The translations under genes and the position numbers were made by a program. A DNA stretch of 58,402 nt, filler included, from Sphacelaria rigidula (Eukaryota): the NCBI GenBank assembly GCA_964200075.2. It is 10 parts of 10 records of this genome, joined end to end, with 100 filler letters (N's around TTAATTAATTAA, not from the genome) between each part and the next. Parts side by side here need not be neighbours in the genome. Positions count along the whole stretch, not along the records: positions 1 to 5,751 come from CAXNAA020024748.1; positions 5,852 to 11,602 come from CAXNAA020024749.1; positions 11,703 to 17,452 come from CAXNAA020024750.1; 7 more parts are not named here. One strand, given 5' to 3'. Every line of letters begins with the position of its first letter. Position 1 is the first letter of the stretch. This document shows positions 1 through 11,950 of this stretch, in pieces. Below the pieces are notes generated by a model. It did not search any database and was not told the origin of the DNA. It was given only the letters and a program-made list of their open reading frames with translations.

Positions 1-10
1 TTTTGGTGGC

Positions 11-41
<31 letters not shown>

Positions 42-436
42 GGGGGGGGGTGGGGGGGGGGGGGGGGGGGGGGGTGGGGGGACGACTCCCGCGGTCACGG
101 GGTCAAATTACGCCGACTGCATTATCGATGTTGCTCCGTCTCGAAAGGGATGTGTGATCAATGGTCAAACGACTAAGGCAAGCAACAAACGGGTGTCCAC
201 CCTACCCCCCCACCTGAATCCCCCCGTGGATGATGATTTTCGGATTTCGGAAACATCTACTACTGTAATGCATTTGGCAATTTTGAAGGTGAGGCGCCCA
301 AACACAGCGCGCCTGGCGTCTGATTATGCTGAAACTCCACGTCTGTGCAGCTTGGCGCCGCAAGTAGGTGTTGACGCAGCTGTTTCGGCGACCCAAGGCG
401 TTTAGTGCGTTGTGTCGCTTGAAAGGATGATTTAAA

Positions 437-957
437 TAAGGTTGTGTTCTGTAGGGTATGGGGTATGTTCTGTAGGGTATGGGATTCCTTACAGAACTTA
501 CAGGAATATCGGGTACCGGTGTAAAAGTCTTACAGAAATTACAGAACTTGTCGGGTACGGTACGGGAGGCCCACAGAAAACCGTACCGGCAATCGGGTAT
601 TTCTTCAAGGGCATTCCCGCGCTCCGGGTACGGGCATACATGACGTACAGAACTCACGGACCTGTCGGGCAAAGGTATGGGAGGGTTACAAAACTCACAG
701 AAACTGTCGGGCAGGGTATTAAGGTTGCACAGAAACCGTACCTACAACCGGGTATCTTATCAAGAGCATACCCGTGCCCCCCGGTAACGGCACGGGAGAC
801 TCACAGAACTCACAGAACTATCTATCGGGTAAGGGTATTAAAGTCTTGCAGACTAGACACAACTGTTGGGTACCGGTGTGAGAGTGTCGGGTACGGTAAA
901 TACCCGGGAAAATGCCCCTGATATACAGAAAACCGTACCCTACACAACACAACCTTG
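437..957. mobile_element. Non-autonomous hAT-like element (MITE)
   Basis: Left end (t)aaggttgtgttctgtagggtatgg and right end ccgtaccctacacaacacaaccttg are inverted repeats. Flanking 8-mers gatttaaa / gatttatg match 6/8 (decayed 8-bp TSD). The interior is built from acagaact and cgggtac sub-repeats. Confidence 0.7.
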
Positions 958-2898
958 GATTTATGCACACGATGCTGAAGTATTGCGGAGCATTTTCCCA
1001 CCTTCCAATGACAACTCTAGAGGGAAACGATGTGGAATCCGCGCGGAGGTAGCTGCAGATTTCTCGCCAGCGTTTTCGTTTAGGATAACCGCCTATCGGT
1101 CGACGCTGGCAGTAACATCGGAAGTGATCACCAGTCAAGGTTTTTCAGATCTTTTAATAGAAGCAGATGCCCTTGGGTCTTACATGCCGTTTCGCGCAAG
1201 ATGCGGCTTGACAGCCGAGCAAACAGAACGGCGTCTTCCGCCGAGGACCAGTTTGAAGCTGTCCGGGAAGGGGGCAATGTCTCCATGAAAACAGTGCCAG
1301 ACTTAGATTCCCGATATCACGACGGTCTGACGAGGACAGGGGCGGTTGCTGTAGTCTTTTTTTTATCAGAATCAACTTGAAAATCCTTGTCGATAACGCT
1401 TGCACGTGAATATCTTTAGCTTTTCTCACATGCACTTGGCGGACGTTTCGCGGAGTTTTTTTCACGATTTCACTTGGTTCCAGAATAGGATAGAGTGTAA
1501 GTTTCAATCTTCAATTTTTCGAATGCATCGCGTGCATTCCAGCCATGCCAAGATATGGTGCATATCGTACAGTCAGCCCACAGTACTCGTTGTACTCGCG
1601 GCTAGAAGCACACAGTGTCAACTTCGTCCTGTATTACCTTTCTCCCATGCATTCCGTGTAGTGAGTGCTTCCCTTGGCTGTGACATGCATCCTCTTGACA
1701 TCCGGGCGTCTCAGCCCGCGGCATGGTCTGTAGGGCCACGTAGCCGTGCTGACGTGGATACATGTCTTCCCTGGACGTTTGTCACTCTAGTGTCGCACAT
1801 GTCTCCGCATATTTGACGTCTTGGAGCATGACCGTCTCCAACGACAGCAGCGGGTTATGACTCATAGCTTCTGTGAAATGCCTCCATATTATTGAAACGG
1901 AAAAACATTGTTGAGCGAAAACGGCGATTTAGGCCATTATGTCCATGTCCAAAAGGACACATTTATGCGGTTGAGGGGTTTGAGACCCCGAATTTTTGCG
2001 GAAGGGGGTGTCATCGGGAGTGAGGGGAGAATATAAACGTATACACTGAAACCAAGATAGAGCCAGATCGCCCTTTAACTTGCTATTTGAATGGTTCCAT
2101 CTGACAACTCCGGCGGTAAAGCACGACTCGAGCGCGCTTTTGCAACTTACCTCCAACATCACATCTGCTCATCTTTGCAGCCGCGGGTTTCAGGACGAGT
2201 TCTTGATTTGATGACAATTCCCAGTGCAACTTCGACTGGATAAGAACGATGAAGAAGAACATCGCGCGGTGTCTTGCCCTGTATTCTCCAAAGACAACCC
2301 TCAGTGATTTACCATCCACGCTTTGTCCCGTAACACATAACACTAGTAAAACACAGGAAAGCACTAGCCTCTGGCCATCGACTGTGGAGTCACTATTACT
2401 CATTTCCTTTTCATCGCCGCATGCACCCCGATGCCATGTATCTATTGTCCGCACACCGCTGTACTACTGTATGCAAGCTGTCATATACATCTTTGTGTAC
2501 TCAGGCAGTACAGGCAATACTGTACTGTCCGTACTGCACGTTGTTCAAATCTGTTTTAGGCCCAGTCTTCGTCAAGACAAGAAAAATGACGGCGAAATGA
2601 CTCGGAGAATGCTGCAGTGGTTCACAACCTCACAATCGCGAGATATCGGCCGTCTTTCCTATTGAAGGCAAGAAAAGAAAGAAAGGATATATCCCCTTTC
2701 GGCGCCCGGTGGTTGAGAATCGAGCTTTCAAAATCTTCCAGTATCACAATCGCGTCGAAAATCAATCTTTATCGCCGGAATGCAAATAGATCACACACGC
2801 TCTCGTATCTTGCAGCACAGCGCCCATACCTCCTGCAGTATGTGCATTCCCCGGTCGTACCGATCGACGTGCGTGAAAGCTCTCATCATGAACCCGAC

Positions 2899-5528
2899 AT
2901 GACGTCTCTACAGCCAGTCGTACGGCACCGTGCGCATTACGCAAGTGACTGCGAGAAAAATCACGTTGCTCGAGCGATATTACCTGGCGCTGACAACTAC
3001 CACTTCCTCTTCCCGGCCGCCTCCCCCCTCCTACCCCATGCGGGAAATACGGAACACGCGCGGGCGAATTTCACCGGCGAGAGCAGCAAGACGGCGTCGC
3101 GGGCTGACACGGTCCGCATGGCAGTTCTCGTCACCCTGGTGGTCCAAAATTCAACCCAAGCTCTGTTTATGCGAGCGGCGTTCAAAAAGGATGACGAGGG
3201 TGCTAGCAGTGGGGAGAACGGCGGGGAGGTCAAGCCACAGGCGGCCTCAACGACTGCTGTTTTGATGGCTGAAGTGTTCAAGCTGCTTGCCTCCTTGTGT
3301 CTCCAGCTTAGGGTGAGATGGGCGGAAACTCGATGGAAGAAGAAAGTATCGGGGCGGGCGGGAGGCAGGGATGGCGGATGGCTCATGCTGAGACCGTACC
3401 ACAAGAAATTCATGGCAACTACTGTAGTTTTTATTGGGTACAATGTCAAATGACACACTCGCATCACATCGAGAAGGCTCACCCGACTAATCTCAACGAT
3501 TATTAGTTGCAACGGAGGGCAAGGGAGGGAGGCGAGAGGCGTACTCATTTGTTGCTTGCCTTCGTCGTTTGACCTTTGACCGCGCATCCGTTTCAAGACG
3601 GAGCACCGTTCCTACTCCTAATAGAGCCACTCCAACATTCATTTCGTTGTCACACGTTACACAAACACGTTTTATACATGTCACCCCCTTCCTGGTTCAC
3701 CGTCTGTGTCCATCATCTATCTCCTGGTATAGCAATCGTTCTCTCGCTGGTATCTAGCATATCAAACGACTTCATGCCACCTTCGTCTGCTTCCCCCGTT
3801 TCCCCTTCTAACACATCCCGTTCCTCCTTGTATAGCCTATATTCTGCCACTTCATGAGTCCTCCTCTATATTGGGGGAGGCGGGTGTACTCATAATATTG
3901 CATGCCTTACGCGTAAGACCACTGACCTTGCGTTCCTACAAAGCCGCGACGGAGCACGTCGGGTGTTCGCCGGACCAGCAGAAGGGAAGGAGGGTGGGGG
4001 TCGTTGCATGCTCGCCTTCGTCGTTTAGCCATTGACCACGTATCCCGTTCGAGAACGGGGGATGGGGGAAGGAAGGGGCGGTCGTTTTCAGGACATGCTG
4101 TGGTCTTACCGTCGTTCTCGTTGCAGCAGTGCAATGCCGCGACCCGAGCGATAATCGCCAGCTGCTAGCGATTGTGTTGTTGCTCCAGATATATCGAGGT
4201 CATTTTCAAGTGCATCTTGCCTGACAGACCGACCCAGTTTTTGCCATCAATGAGTTATTTTTCAACGACGTATCGGGTACGAAACCCAGAATAATATTTA
4301 ACGTATTCGAGCACCCCTCTGATCTCTCATATTATCGTATCCGCGATGACTACGGGTGTAGTGCTTCGCCACTCCCCTCTTGAACGTGGGGCTCTGTTCT
4401 AATGAAAATTTTGACGTAAGCACACATCAATACCGGAATTTTTCAGGATGACGGAAGCTTGCAACAGCTGGGGAAGACGATAAAGGAAGACATATTCCAG
4501 AAGCCGAAGGGTATGCTGAAGATGGCGGTGCCCGCGGGCCTGTACGTTCTGCAGAACAACCTTAATTACATCGCCTCGTCCAATCTCGACGCGCCCACGG
4601 TCCAGCTGCTGTACCAACTCAAAATCCTGACGACGGCATTGTTCTCCGTCGTCATGCTCAAGAGGTGATTGTTTTGTCGGTGCTGAAACAGGGTGTTGTG
4701 CAAACAGAAGGCTGGAAGTGTGTTAGCTTCTGGGATGGAGTGATTGGTGTGTCACGATGTATTTATTTTTTTGCGGTAGTTTATGAATTCATTACACCGA
4801 ATGCTCGTTACGTTAGCGTGTCCGTTGTCGCTGAGGGGATTGTGCTCCGCCTTCTTGTTTTCAAATATCGGCATAGCTGTCACGGACTGTGAAGAATTGA
4901 ACCTCGTTTCGTGTGGTGTGGTACCACAACCAACAAACAGGCTCCTGATCGCAAGGCAGTGGATCGCCCTCGCTATGTTGGCGCTTGGAGTGGGGCTGGT
5001 TCAGATGTCAAACTCGGACGACGGCGAGAAGGACCCAGCGGACGGCCAAAATCCCTTGCTGGGATTCGTGGCAATCATGATGTCGTGCTGTACCTCCGGA
5101 TTTGCCGGCGTTTACTTCGAGATGGTGAGTCTTATCCTCCGTCGTTGTTTGGGATTGGTTATTGCCAACTTGTTGTTGACATTCAATGTCGTCAGTTTCT
5201 TGATGTGTTTGGTGTGGCGGTGGTTTCTTGTGCATTGCTGAAATCACGCTCTGTGCTTTCATTCCGACGACTTGAACAAGAATCGATTGTCGTGATACCA
5301 TGCATTATACTTACTACATGTTTTTTGCCTTGTTTCCCCCTGCCCTAAGTTCCTGAACCGAACCAAACCGAACCAAACTGCTTTGACTCTGAAATAGGTT
5401 CTCAAGGGAACGGCTGTCTCGCTGTGGATACGCAACGTGCAACTGTCAACTATTGGTATTCTGATTGGCGCAACGTTCGTATGGTGGAAGGACGGAGAAA
5501 AAGTGTCTGAATACGGCTTCTACTACGG
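2899..5528 (+). CDS. Nucleotide-sugar transporter, SLC35A family (UDP-galactose/CMP-sialic acid transporter-like), 3'-incomplete
   Basis: Exons 2899(ATG, start uncertain)-3312, 4447-4664, 4941-5124 and 5398-5528 have GT/AG borders with consistent phase. Motifs: LVTLVVQNS, TTAVLMAEVFKL, VPAGLYVLQNNLNYIASSNLDAPTVQLLYQLKILTTALFSV, SGFAGVYFEMVLK, SLWIRNVQL. Confidence 0.93.
3530..3860 (-). mobile_element. 5'-truncated LINE 3' end (ORF2 C-terminus plus short 3' end); longest copy of a high-copy family
   Basis: Minus strand reads EVAEYRLYKEERDVLEGE...DTSERTIAIPGDR. The family ends in ...gtcaatggtcaaacgactaaggcaagcaacaaatgagtacg followed by a C-run. Other copies lie near 128-212, 3990-4055, 9494-9566, 11560-11602, 16888-16914, 23405-23486, 24173-24218, 34240-34519, 52493-52552, 56845-57011 and 57530-57595. 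Confidence 0.75.
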
Positions 5529-5751
5529 GTGAGCCATGGTACTGTTTTTGGTTCCTCATATTCCGGGGAAAATGTTGTGAGTGAGCATGAGTACCGAGTT
5601 TTGATCGGTGATGAATTGTACGCTTTGCTTGTTTTTTTTTCTTGCGTGTTGGCGATGACGGCTGACTTTGTTCATGCCACATCAGTCAAAGCCCCCCCCC
5701 AGCTTCGACTATTGCGAGACGCAATGTAGGGACAACAAACGTCAACATGCA

Positions 5752-5851
5752 NNNNNNNNNNNNNNNNNNNNNNNNNNNNNNNNNNNNNNNNNNNNTTAAT
5801 TAATTAANNNNNNNNNNNNNNNNNNNNNNNNNNNNNNNNNNNNNNNNNNNN
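5752..5851. other. Artificial contig linker (44N-TTAATTAATTAA-44N); identical copies at 11603-11702, 17453-17552, 23303-23402, 29153-29252, 35003-35102, 40853-40952, 46703-46802, 52553-52652
   Basis: Nine identical 100-bp spacers carrying stop codons in all six frames separate segments of 5751, 5751 and then 5750 bp, as expected for length-sorted concatenated contigs. Confidence 0.98.
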
Positions 5852-6135
5852 TCCCCCTCCCCCGTCGCCTCATCCTCCTCGCTGAGTCGTACATCAGGTA
5901 TAAGGCAAAGGCAAAGAAGTTTCTCTCTGAGCACCAGGCACGTTTTGAAGGTCATTTTGAAAACTAACTTTGTTTCAACATGCCACTTCTTGCCTCTACG
6001 TATTAATTTCGCCTCCCCTCCTCGCCTCCCCTCCCCAGATTTGTTTCATTTCGGATCATGTCAGACAGACTTACCCTACCCCCGTCCTCCCCCCGTCTTC
6101 CCGCACCCCATACCCCTGTCGGTTGTCCATATCAG

Positions 6136-9100
6136 GTGGACGGCGGACAAGACAAAGGACTTCCGGTGTCCGGCCAGCTACCGGAAGCTCGCTGCCGCTT
6201 CGTAGTACCGGCCTCACAAGGGAGGGGGGGCAATATACCGCGTTCCAACGACAACTCGGGTAACCCCAATGCAGGCACCGTCGCCGCCGTGGTCGCTGCC
6301 GTGGTCGCCCCTGCTAACGCTACCAACAATAACAGCAGCGGGGCTTCTGCTGCTGGTAATATCGTTTCGACGACAGCGGGTGGTGGGAGCGGAAATTTGA
6401 GTGGTGGTGGTGGTGTTGGCGGCGGCGGCGGCGGCGGCAGTGCTAATATCCTTGATTTTGGACATGTCTCGGTGGGTATGGAGGTGGGAAGGACCGTCAT
6501 GCTACAGAACATGGGAAAATCACAGGCGGCGTTTTTCCTGGACACTTCAGAACTTCAGTTGGTAAGACGGTGGTACGTATATGATGAATATCCCCTGTGC
6601 GCCTTTTCCTCCTGATTCGACACACGATGTTGTTGTGCGCACTTCCTCACTTCTTCACCCCTCAACTTCATTGACCCTTCCTTTTTTCGCCATACAAGCA
6701 TACAAGCATGCTGAGGGGGAAAATGCAACGATTGGTGCTGGGCTAGGGTTGGTCCATACATACCAGTCAGTATGTGAATGACAGGTCGTTCATGAATAAA
6801 TGTACATACATACATTCAAACAGTAGTCGAAAAGAGGCACAGGCATAAGCAGCAAAAAATATGAAAACATTATGAAAAAGGCGTCTTGCAATGTATACGC
6901 ATTTGTGTGCGATCTGCTCTTTACGGTTCGCGTTTCATGTTGTACATACCATGTTTACAGAACAACGTTCTTCATTGTCGTAATCTTTATCACCCCCCAT
7001 CTAGTCCCCGGCACGCGTCTAGCAAGCAACTACCGACCATCGGTTCATGACTATCAGCGCTCCCGCGCGCGGTCAACTTTAATCGAATCGTTATTTTGCT
7101 TACTCGCATCCCCATGGTTCCGACGACAGAATACAGCTCTTACAAAAAGTAATGCCATACCGGAGCATCGGATTTCCCGTACCACCTCACTTTTTGGGAG
7201 AGAAAATACGTAAGGGGAATCGGAGATGATGCTCTCCGTCGTCACGTTTTCCCTGGCTGAGCGACTCCGTGGCAAATTCGAATTTGGGTATCCTCTCCAT
7301 TTGTTCTGCTCGGTACAGTAGAATGCTCGATTTTCGACCCTACTATATGCACTGAGTCTTGTACGACCATACCGAGCGACACATGCACGGGGGACATACA
7401 CCCTCCACGGCACACCAGATCTTGGGTTTGCGCGGAATATCGTTTGACAAAGAAATAGGCGTTCATATTCATCAGAACGTCCGTTCCCATGTCTGCACAG
7501 ATATTCAACCTTGTGCAATGACTCTTGATATGATTTGCAAGAAGCAGCATACCTTTCACAGACAACGAAGGGGCGACAGCAGTGGCTTTTCGAAGATTTC
7601 ACGGTCCGGACGAATCATCCCCGGCTCGAATCACCAAATCCACACTTTTTCAGGCTTGATTGTTCAACGAAGAGAAAAAAGTTTACCGGCAGTCAAAAAG
7701 GTCTCCACGCAATTTTCGCGCCATTCCACGTGCCTGGGCTGCGTGTACCTGGGTTGCAACGCGGAAAACAAATAGTAAGGACTGATTCGTACGGTACGAA
7801 TCAATCACACAAAAATCAAGTATTTCCCAGACGAATCATTAATTCGCCCGACCCGTGAAATATTTCGACGACCACAATCATGCCAATATGTGTGTTTGTT
7901 GTCGTTCCGTCTATTCTGGGCGCCGGCCTACACCTTTCGGTACATGTGGGCGCACCAGCCGGGGTCACACAGGAGGAAGATCAACACAGGAGCTTTTTTC
8001 TTTTCTATTTGTTTTTAGTACCCATCCTCCCTTCTGGCGGTGCTTGCTTTTTCTTTTAATCGCGAGAGGGGTTTTGTAGTTTCTCTCCCTCGTCGACCGT
8101 TAAGTCGAATTTTTGTGTACCCACGATATACTCGCCCTCCACTGTTGGGCATCGAGTGAGAAAAAAACCCAGATCGCTCCGGGAATTGAATCCACGACCC
8201 AACCGTCAGAAGATTCTGTGGCTACCAACTGAGCCACCGGGGCGACCGGCATGTGACGGCACGTTTATGCAGCAACTGATACGTATAGCGAGTTGTGTGA
8301 ACGTTTCCCCAGTGATTGTTTCGATGCCTGTGATCTGTCGTAGATCCATACAGCTCTTGAGCGTGTCAAGCGACTTTGGATAGTTTTGTGTGGAGGTAAA
8401 GATGGACAACCACACACGCGGCCATTTGGCTGCACCCCAACATGCCCCCGGAGGGATGCGCGGCCCTCCCGGGGGAAAACAAGCCTCCGGAGGCCTTTCA
8501 TCCCTCTAGAGGAGACCAAACTCTACTAATCCGGAGAGCCGCGCACCCCTCCGGAGGATTCGGGGGGGGGGTGCGCGGCTCTCCGGAGGCAAGAATAACC
8601 CTCCGGAGGCATTCAACCCCTCTGGAGGGAATAAAAACATCTCCTCTGGAGGGCCGCGCATCCCTCCGGAGGCGTTGAATTCCTCTGGAGGCTCGAAAAG
8701 TGTACCCACCTGGAGGACGTTTGGAGGTAGCCAAATGGCCGCGTGTGCATGAGGAATTACAACCGGGGCTTGCATGGCGGGCAACAAGCGATACAAAAAG
8801 CTAGGTGTGATAACAGTGAAACAATATCAGGATTTGAATCACAATCTCGTATGAGAGAGGGTTGATAGAGGGAGTCGTGTTTGAGCTTGTGCGAGAAGCT
8901 CATGATCGAACGATGCATAGGATAGTTGTATTGAAGTTTGGAATGTTCATTTTTACACACCCTTCCCCACCCCACGGGCGTGTGCTGCATGCAGGTTGGG
9001 ATTGACGTGCATCCTACCCGGGGTCTGATCGAGCCCAAACAGTCTTGCGCGATTACGGTGGTATTGCGTGCAACGAGAGAGCTACGTCTCAACGGAGCGA

Positions 9101-9862
9101 TGTTGATAGCAAGTGTCAGGGGGGGAAGACAGACGAAGGTGCGAAAGTCGAGAGCTATCTATGTAAACATCCTCGATAGAGCCTTCTTATTTGGTTTGGG
9201 GGTTTTGAGGGGACGCGCACGGGGGGCGGGGGTGGGGTATATGGTAAAAGAGGTAAAAAGATGGGGTACGTTTTAGTACCACATGTACCATCTCGTACTT
9301 TCGAATGGTACAGCACAACACGACATACTGTACCCTCCATATTTTTCAAGTAGATTGGGCTTGTTGTAAGTTAGTCATGAGATCAAAAAGGAGATGTTGC
9401 CCGAGAACACGCCGCAAGTCGCACATGAAAAACGTCTAGATTTTTCATGCGGAAAGTTGTCTATCTCTGCACCTATAACCCTCCCCCTCCTCTGTCTCGA
9501 AAGGGATGCGTGGCCAATGGTCAAACGACTAGGGCAAACAACAAATGAGTGCGCTCCCTTCCCCCGTCTCGCCCCCTCCCTCCACCGACAGATCGCCTTA
9601 GGAGGCTACGCCCAGATCCCTGAGGTATGCATGGTGGAAACTGCTTTCAATTTCGGCAAGGTGACCGCTGGAGGATGCGAAAATCTGCCTGCTACCCTAG
9701 TTAACAAGGGTCTCATTCCGGCATCTTTGCATCTGGATCTTTCTCAATTTCCGGAGTTTCACGTTGAGGAGCACCGAAATATGAGCTTGTCGGGTGTGCC
9801 GCGAGCGGCGGCTGGGGGTAGAGGGGAACAAAGTGGAGGAGGACATCATGACGGGCAAGGCA
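6136..9862 (+). CDS. CFAP47: CFAP47-like (ASH/Hydin-type Ig-fold repeat) ciliary protein, internal exons
   Basis: Exons 6136-6561, 8995-9138 and 9592-9862 join in frame with GT/AG borders. ASH-repeat signatures: LDFGHVSVGMEVGRTVMLQNMGKSQAAF, VHPTRGLIEPKQSCAITV, FNFGKVTAGGCENLPATLVNKGLIPASLHLDLSQFPEF. CFAP47 rather than Hydin is a recognition-level call. Confidence 0.72.
7597..7860. mobile_element. MITE family with tttcacgg(g/t)..ggacgaatc inverted ends; copies also at ~16371-16628 and ~46086-46346 (opposite orientation)
   Basis: Left tttcacggtccggacgaatc versus right attcgcccgacccgtgaaa. The internal sequence (gaatcaccaaatccac, acgcaattt..cgccattccacgtg) recurs in three contigs. Confidence 0.75.
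7893..8250 (-). mobile_element. tRNA-derived SINE in a CFAP47 intron
   Basis: Minus-strand 5' head gccggtcgccccggTGGCTCAGTTGGtag...GGATTCAATTCCcgg contains Pol III A and B boxes. The body is ~360 bp with an (aac/aaac) tail, flanked by atgtg / atgtg (possible short TSD). Confidence 0.8.
8413..8747. mobile_element. MITE with CAC...GTG termini (CACTA/CMC-like)
   Basis: Perfect 19-bp TIR cacacgcggccatttggct / agccaaatggccgcgtgtg, flanked by ca / ca. The interior has many ccctccggagg palindromic sub-repeats. Confidence 0.75.
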
Positions 9863-9956
9863 GGTGAATCAATCCACACGCGCACCGCAAGAACGTACAG
9901 AAACAGCGGTATATATGATCTGTACTGGATGGAGAATTTTTCTTCGATCGACGCAA

Positions 9957-10066
9957 CACGGGTGGCCACTGGGGTGCCTGTAACCTCAAATTTGGACGTT
10001 GCACACCTTGTGTAACGTCTGTGACGTCCAAATTTGAGGTTGCAGGGACTCCAGTGGCCACCCGTG
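9957..10066. mobile_element. 110-bp fold-back MITE with CAC...GTG termini
   Basis: 43-bp inverted arms with 3 mismatches (cacgggtggccactgg...aatttggacgt / acgtccaaattt...ccagtggccacccgtg), flanked by aa / aa. Confidence 0.75.
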
Positions 10067-10195
10067 AAGGTAAAGCAGCAAATAATGTCCTGTCATTCAT
10101 GTTGTCTGTGAATGGTCTCTTCTGTCGTTTGTGTGGTAGAAACGTTGAGTTTGAAGTTTGTGTTTATTCACCTCCAAGTAGTGAAGAGGTGTGCA

Positions 10196-10345
10196 TGTAT
10201 GTATGTATGTATGTATGTATGTATGTATGTATGTATGTATGTATGTATGTATTGTATGCATATATTGTATGTATAGATGCATGTATCTACGCATGCATAT
10301 GTACGCATGCATATGTACGCATGCATATGTACGCATGCATACGAT
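10196..10345 (+). repeat. (TATG)n microsatellite with degenerate tgcata/gtacgc continuation
   Basis: Direct reading of the tandem tetramer array. Confidence 0.95.
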
Positions 10346-11819
10346 ACATGCATCCACGATGCATGTATGTACAAGCACATAGCACACATGCATTATGACA
10401 TAGCATGTATATGGTTTACTCACAGCTAGCTCAGAAACACTGCCCAAAGAACTGAGGCACGAAAACTTTATCTGCGTGGATTATACTCTCTTCGTTAAGT
10501 TGTGTCGCTCAGCAAAGATGATGAAAAACTTTCAACACGCTGTCGGCGAGCAATTCAATCTCAGGGGTAAACATCACAGTACCGTATTCCCCTCGAAACG
10601 GCGACACAAACAACCACACGATGTAGGAGGACAGGAGGTGGCTCCACGTAGAGTGCGACATACATATAGCGATGTTTCGAAAGCATTGAATCCTTGGTAA
10701 CCCACCCACCGATCGTCGACCCCCGCCTCACCACCTTTTACACTACGCTTCGTGTGGTGCACGCTCAAGAGAGGCATCGAGGATCGACGAGGTGGATTCA
10801 TTCGACGACGAATCACACAACACTAGCGTATCTATGACGAGCTCGGTTGGAGGCCGAGCAGGCTACACTCCCGTGGTTCGGCAATGGAAAATACTGGTGA
10901 GGAATGATTGCTTTTGTTGTTAGAGCAGCTTGTGTGACAAGCGGCGGGACATCTTGTTGTCCCTGCACCCCCTACCCCCACCTGCGTGCCGTTTATTGTT
11001 TACCTTCTCGAAATATTTTCACATGTTGGCCGGATCCCAGCATAAAAGAATAATAAAGGCCTTTGCGAGCACCTCCTGCATTAGCTGCAGGAGTGATACA
11101 TAGGACATGGACAAGTGGCCACATGAAGTGATGATATCGTATACCCCGTGCAAAAGGTGCGGCGCTGTCTTCAGGTGGCTCCAAAACTCAGTCCCCACTC
11201 TTGTTTTGTTTTCACCACATCATCTCAATCTTTCTGACTCGTGCTCACCTCGTACTTCGTACCAAACGCTCGAGAACGGTGTACATCCTCGCTCCGACTC
11301 TAGTAACATACTCTGAACACGTGGGTCAACTAGAGCCATCCTACGATAGGGGGGGGAGGGGGTATTTTGTGCCACTTCTCCCACGAACGAGCCACTTTGG
11401 AGCTATCCTCCGGCATGGGGGAGGGTGTTTTGGGCCTGTTCTTGCGCGAAGGGGTCGATTTGAAGCCTTGTTGCAAGCAGCGAATTGCGTACAAATGCTC
11501 TTCTTATGAGCAGCACACACCTATCGCTGAACAAAATACCCCCCGCCCCCCCCCCCGCTCGTCTCGAAAGGGATGCGTGGTCAATGGTCAAACGACTAAG
11601 GCNNNNNNNNNNNNNNNNNNNNNNNNNNNNNNNNNNNNNNNNNNNNTTAATTAATTAANNNNNNNNNNNNNNNNNNNNNNNNNNNNNNNNNNNNNNNNNN
11701 NNTTTTTTTTTTTTTTTTTCTTTGTCCCCCCTTTTTTTTTTTCCCCCCCCCCCTTTTTTTTTTTTTCCCTTTTCTTTTTTTTTTTTTTCCCCCCCCCCCC
11801 CTTTTTTTTTCCTTGGAGC

Positions 11820-11902
11820 GTGTTTAAATCCCGTTTTTGTTGAGTACGTCAATCATGAGACCACGGCTGGATCATGACCCCTGGGGGGTCAGTTAAAATG
11901 CG

Positions 11903-11948
<46 letters not shown>
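11820..11948 (+). mobile_element. Retroposon 3' end with (CAAT)n tail; copies at ~14850-14950, ~51470-51580 and ~53087-53195 (all minus)
   Basis: A conserved gagaccacggctgg...ggggggtcagttaaagtgcgac core is followed by a caat tandem tail and preceded by T-rich sequence in four places. Confidence 0.75.

Positions 11949-11949
<1 letters not shown>

Positions 11950-11950
<1 letters not shown>

Noticed and set aside
1..81. Poly-G tract (and the poly-T/C tract at 11703-11812) as functional elements
   Set aside because: Both are at contig ends where homopolymer and low-quality sequence is expected.
5898..5949. Extra upstream CFAP47 micro-exon
   Set aside because: AG/GT borders and phase are feasible, but the donor is weak and the peptide is not diagnostic.
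8170..8250. tRNA gene (likewise 45010-45080 and 42446-42520)
   Set aside because: A/B boxes are present but I could not form a complete cloverleaf, and the first two run into SINE bodies. They are treated as SINE heads; the 42446 case is too decayed to call.
10021..10447. ORFs with MYVC/HTYI repeats (also poly-Ile at 46620-46702 and VCVC at 24437-24493)
   Set aside because: Translations of microsatellites.
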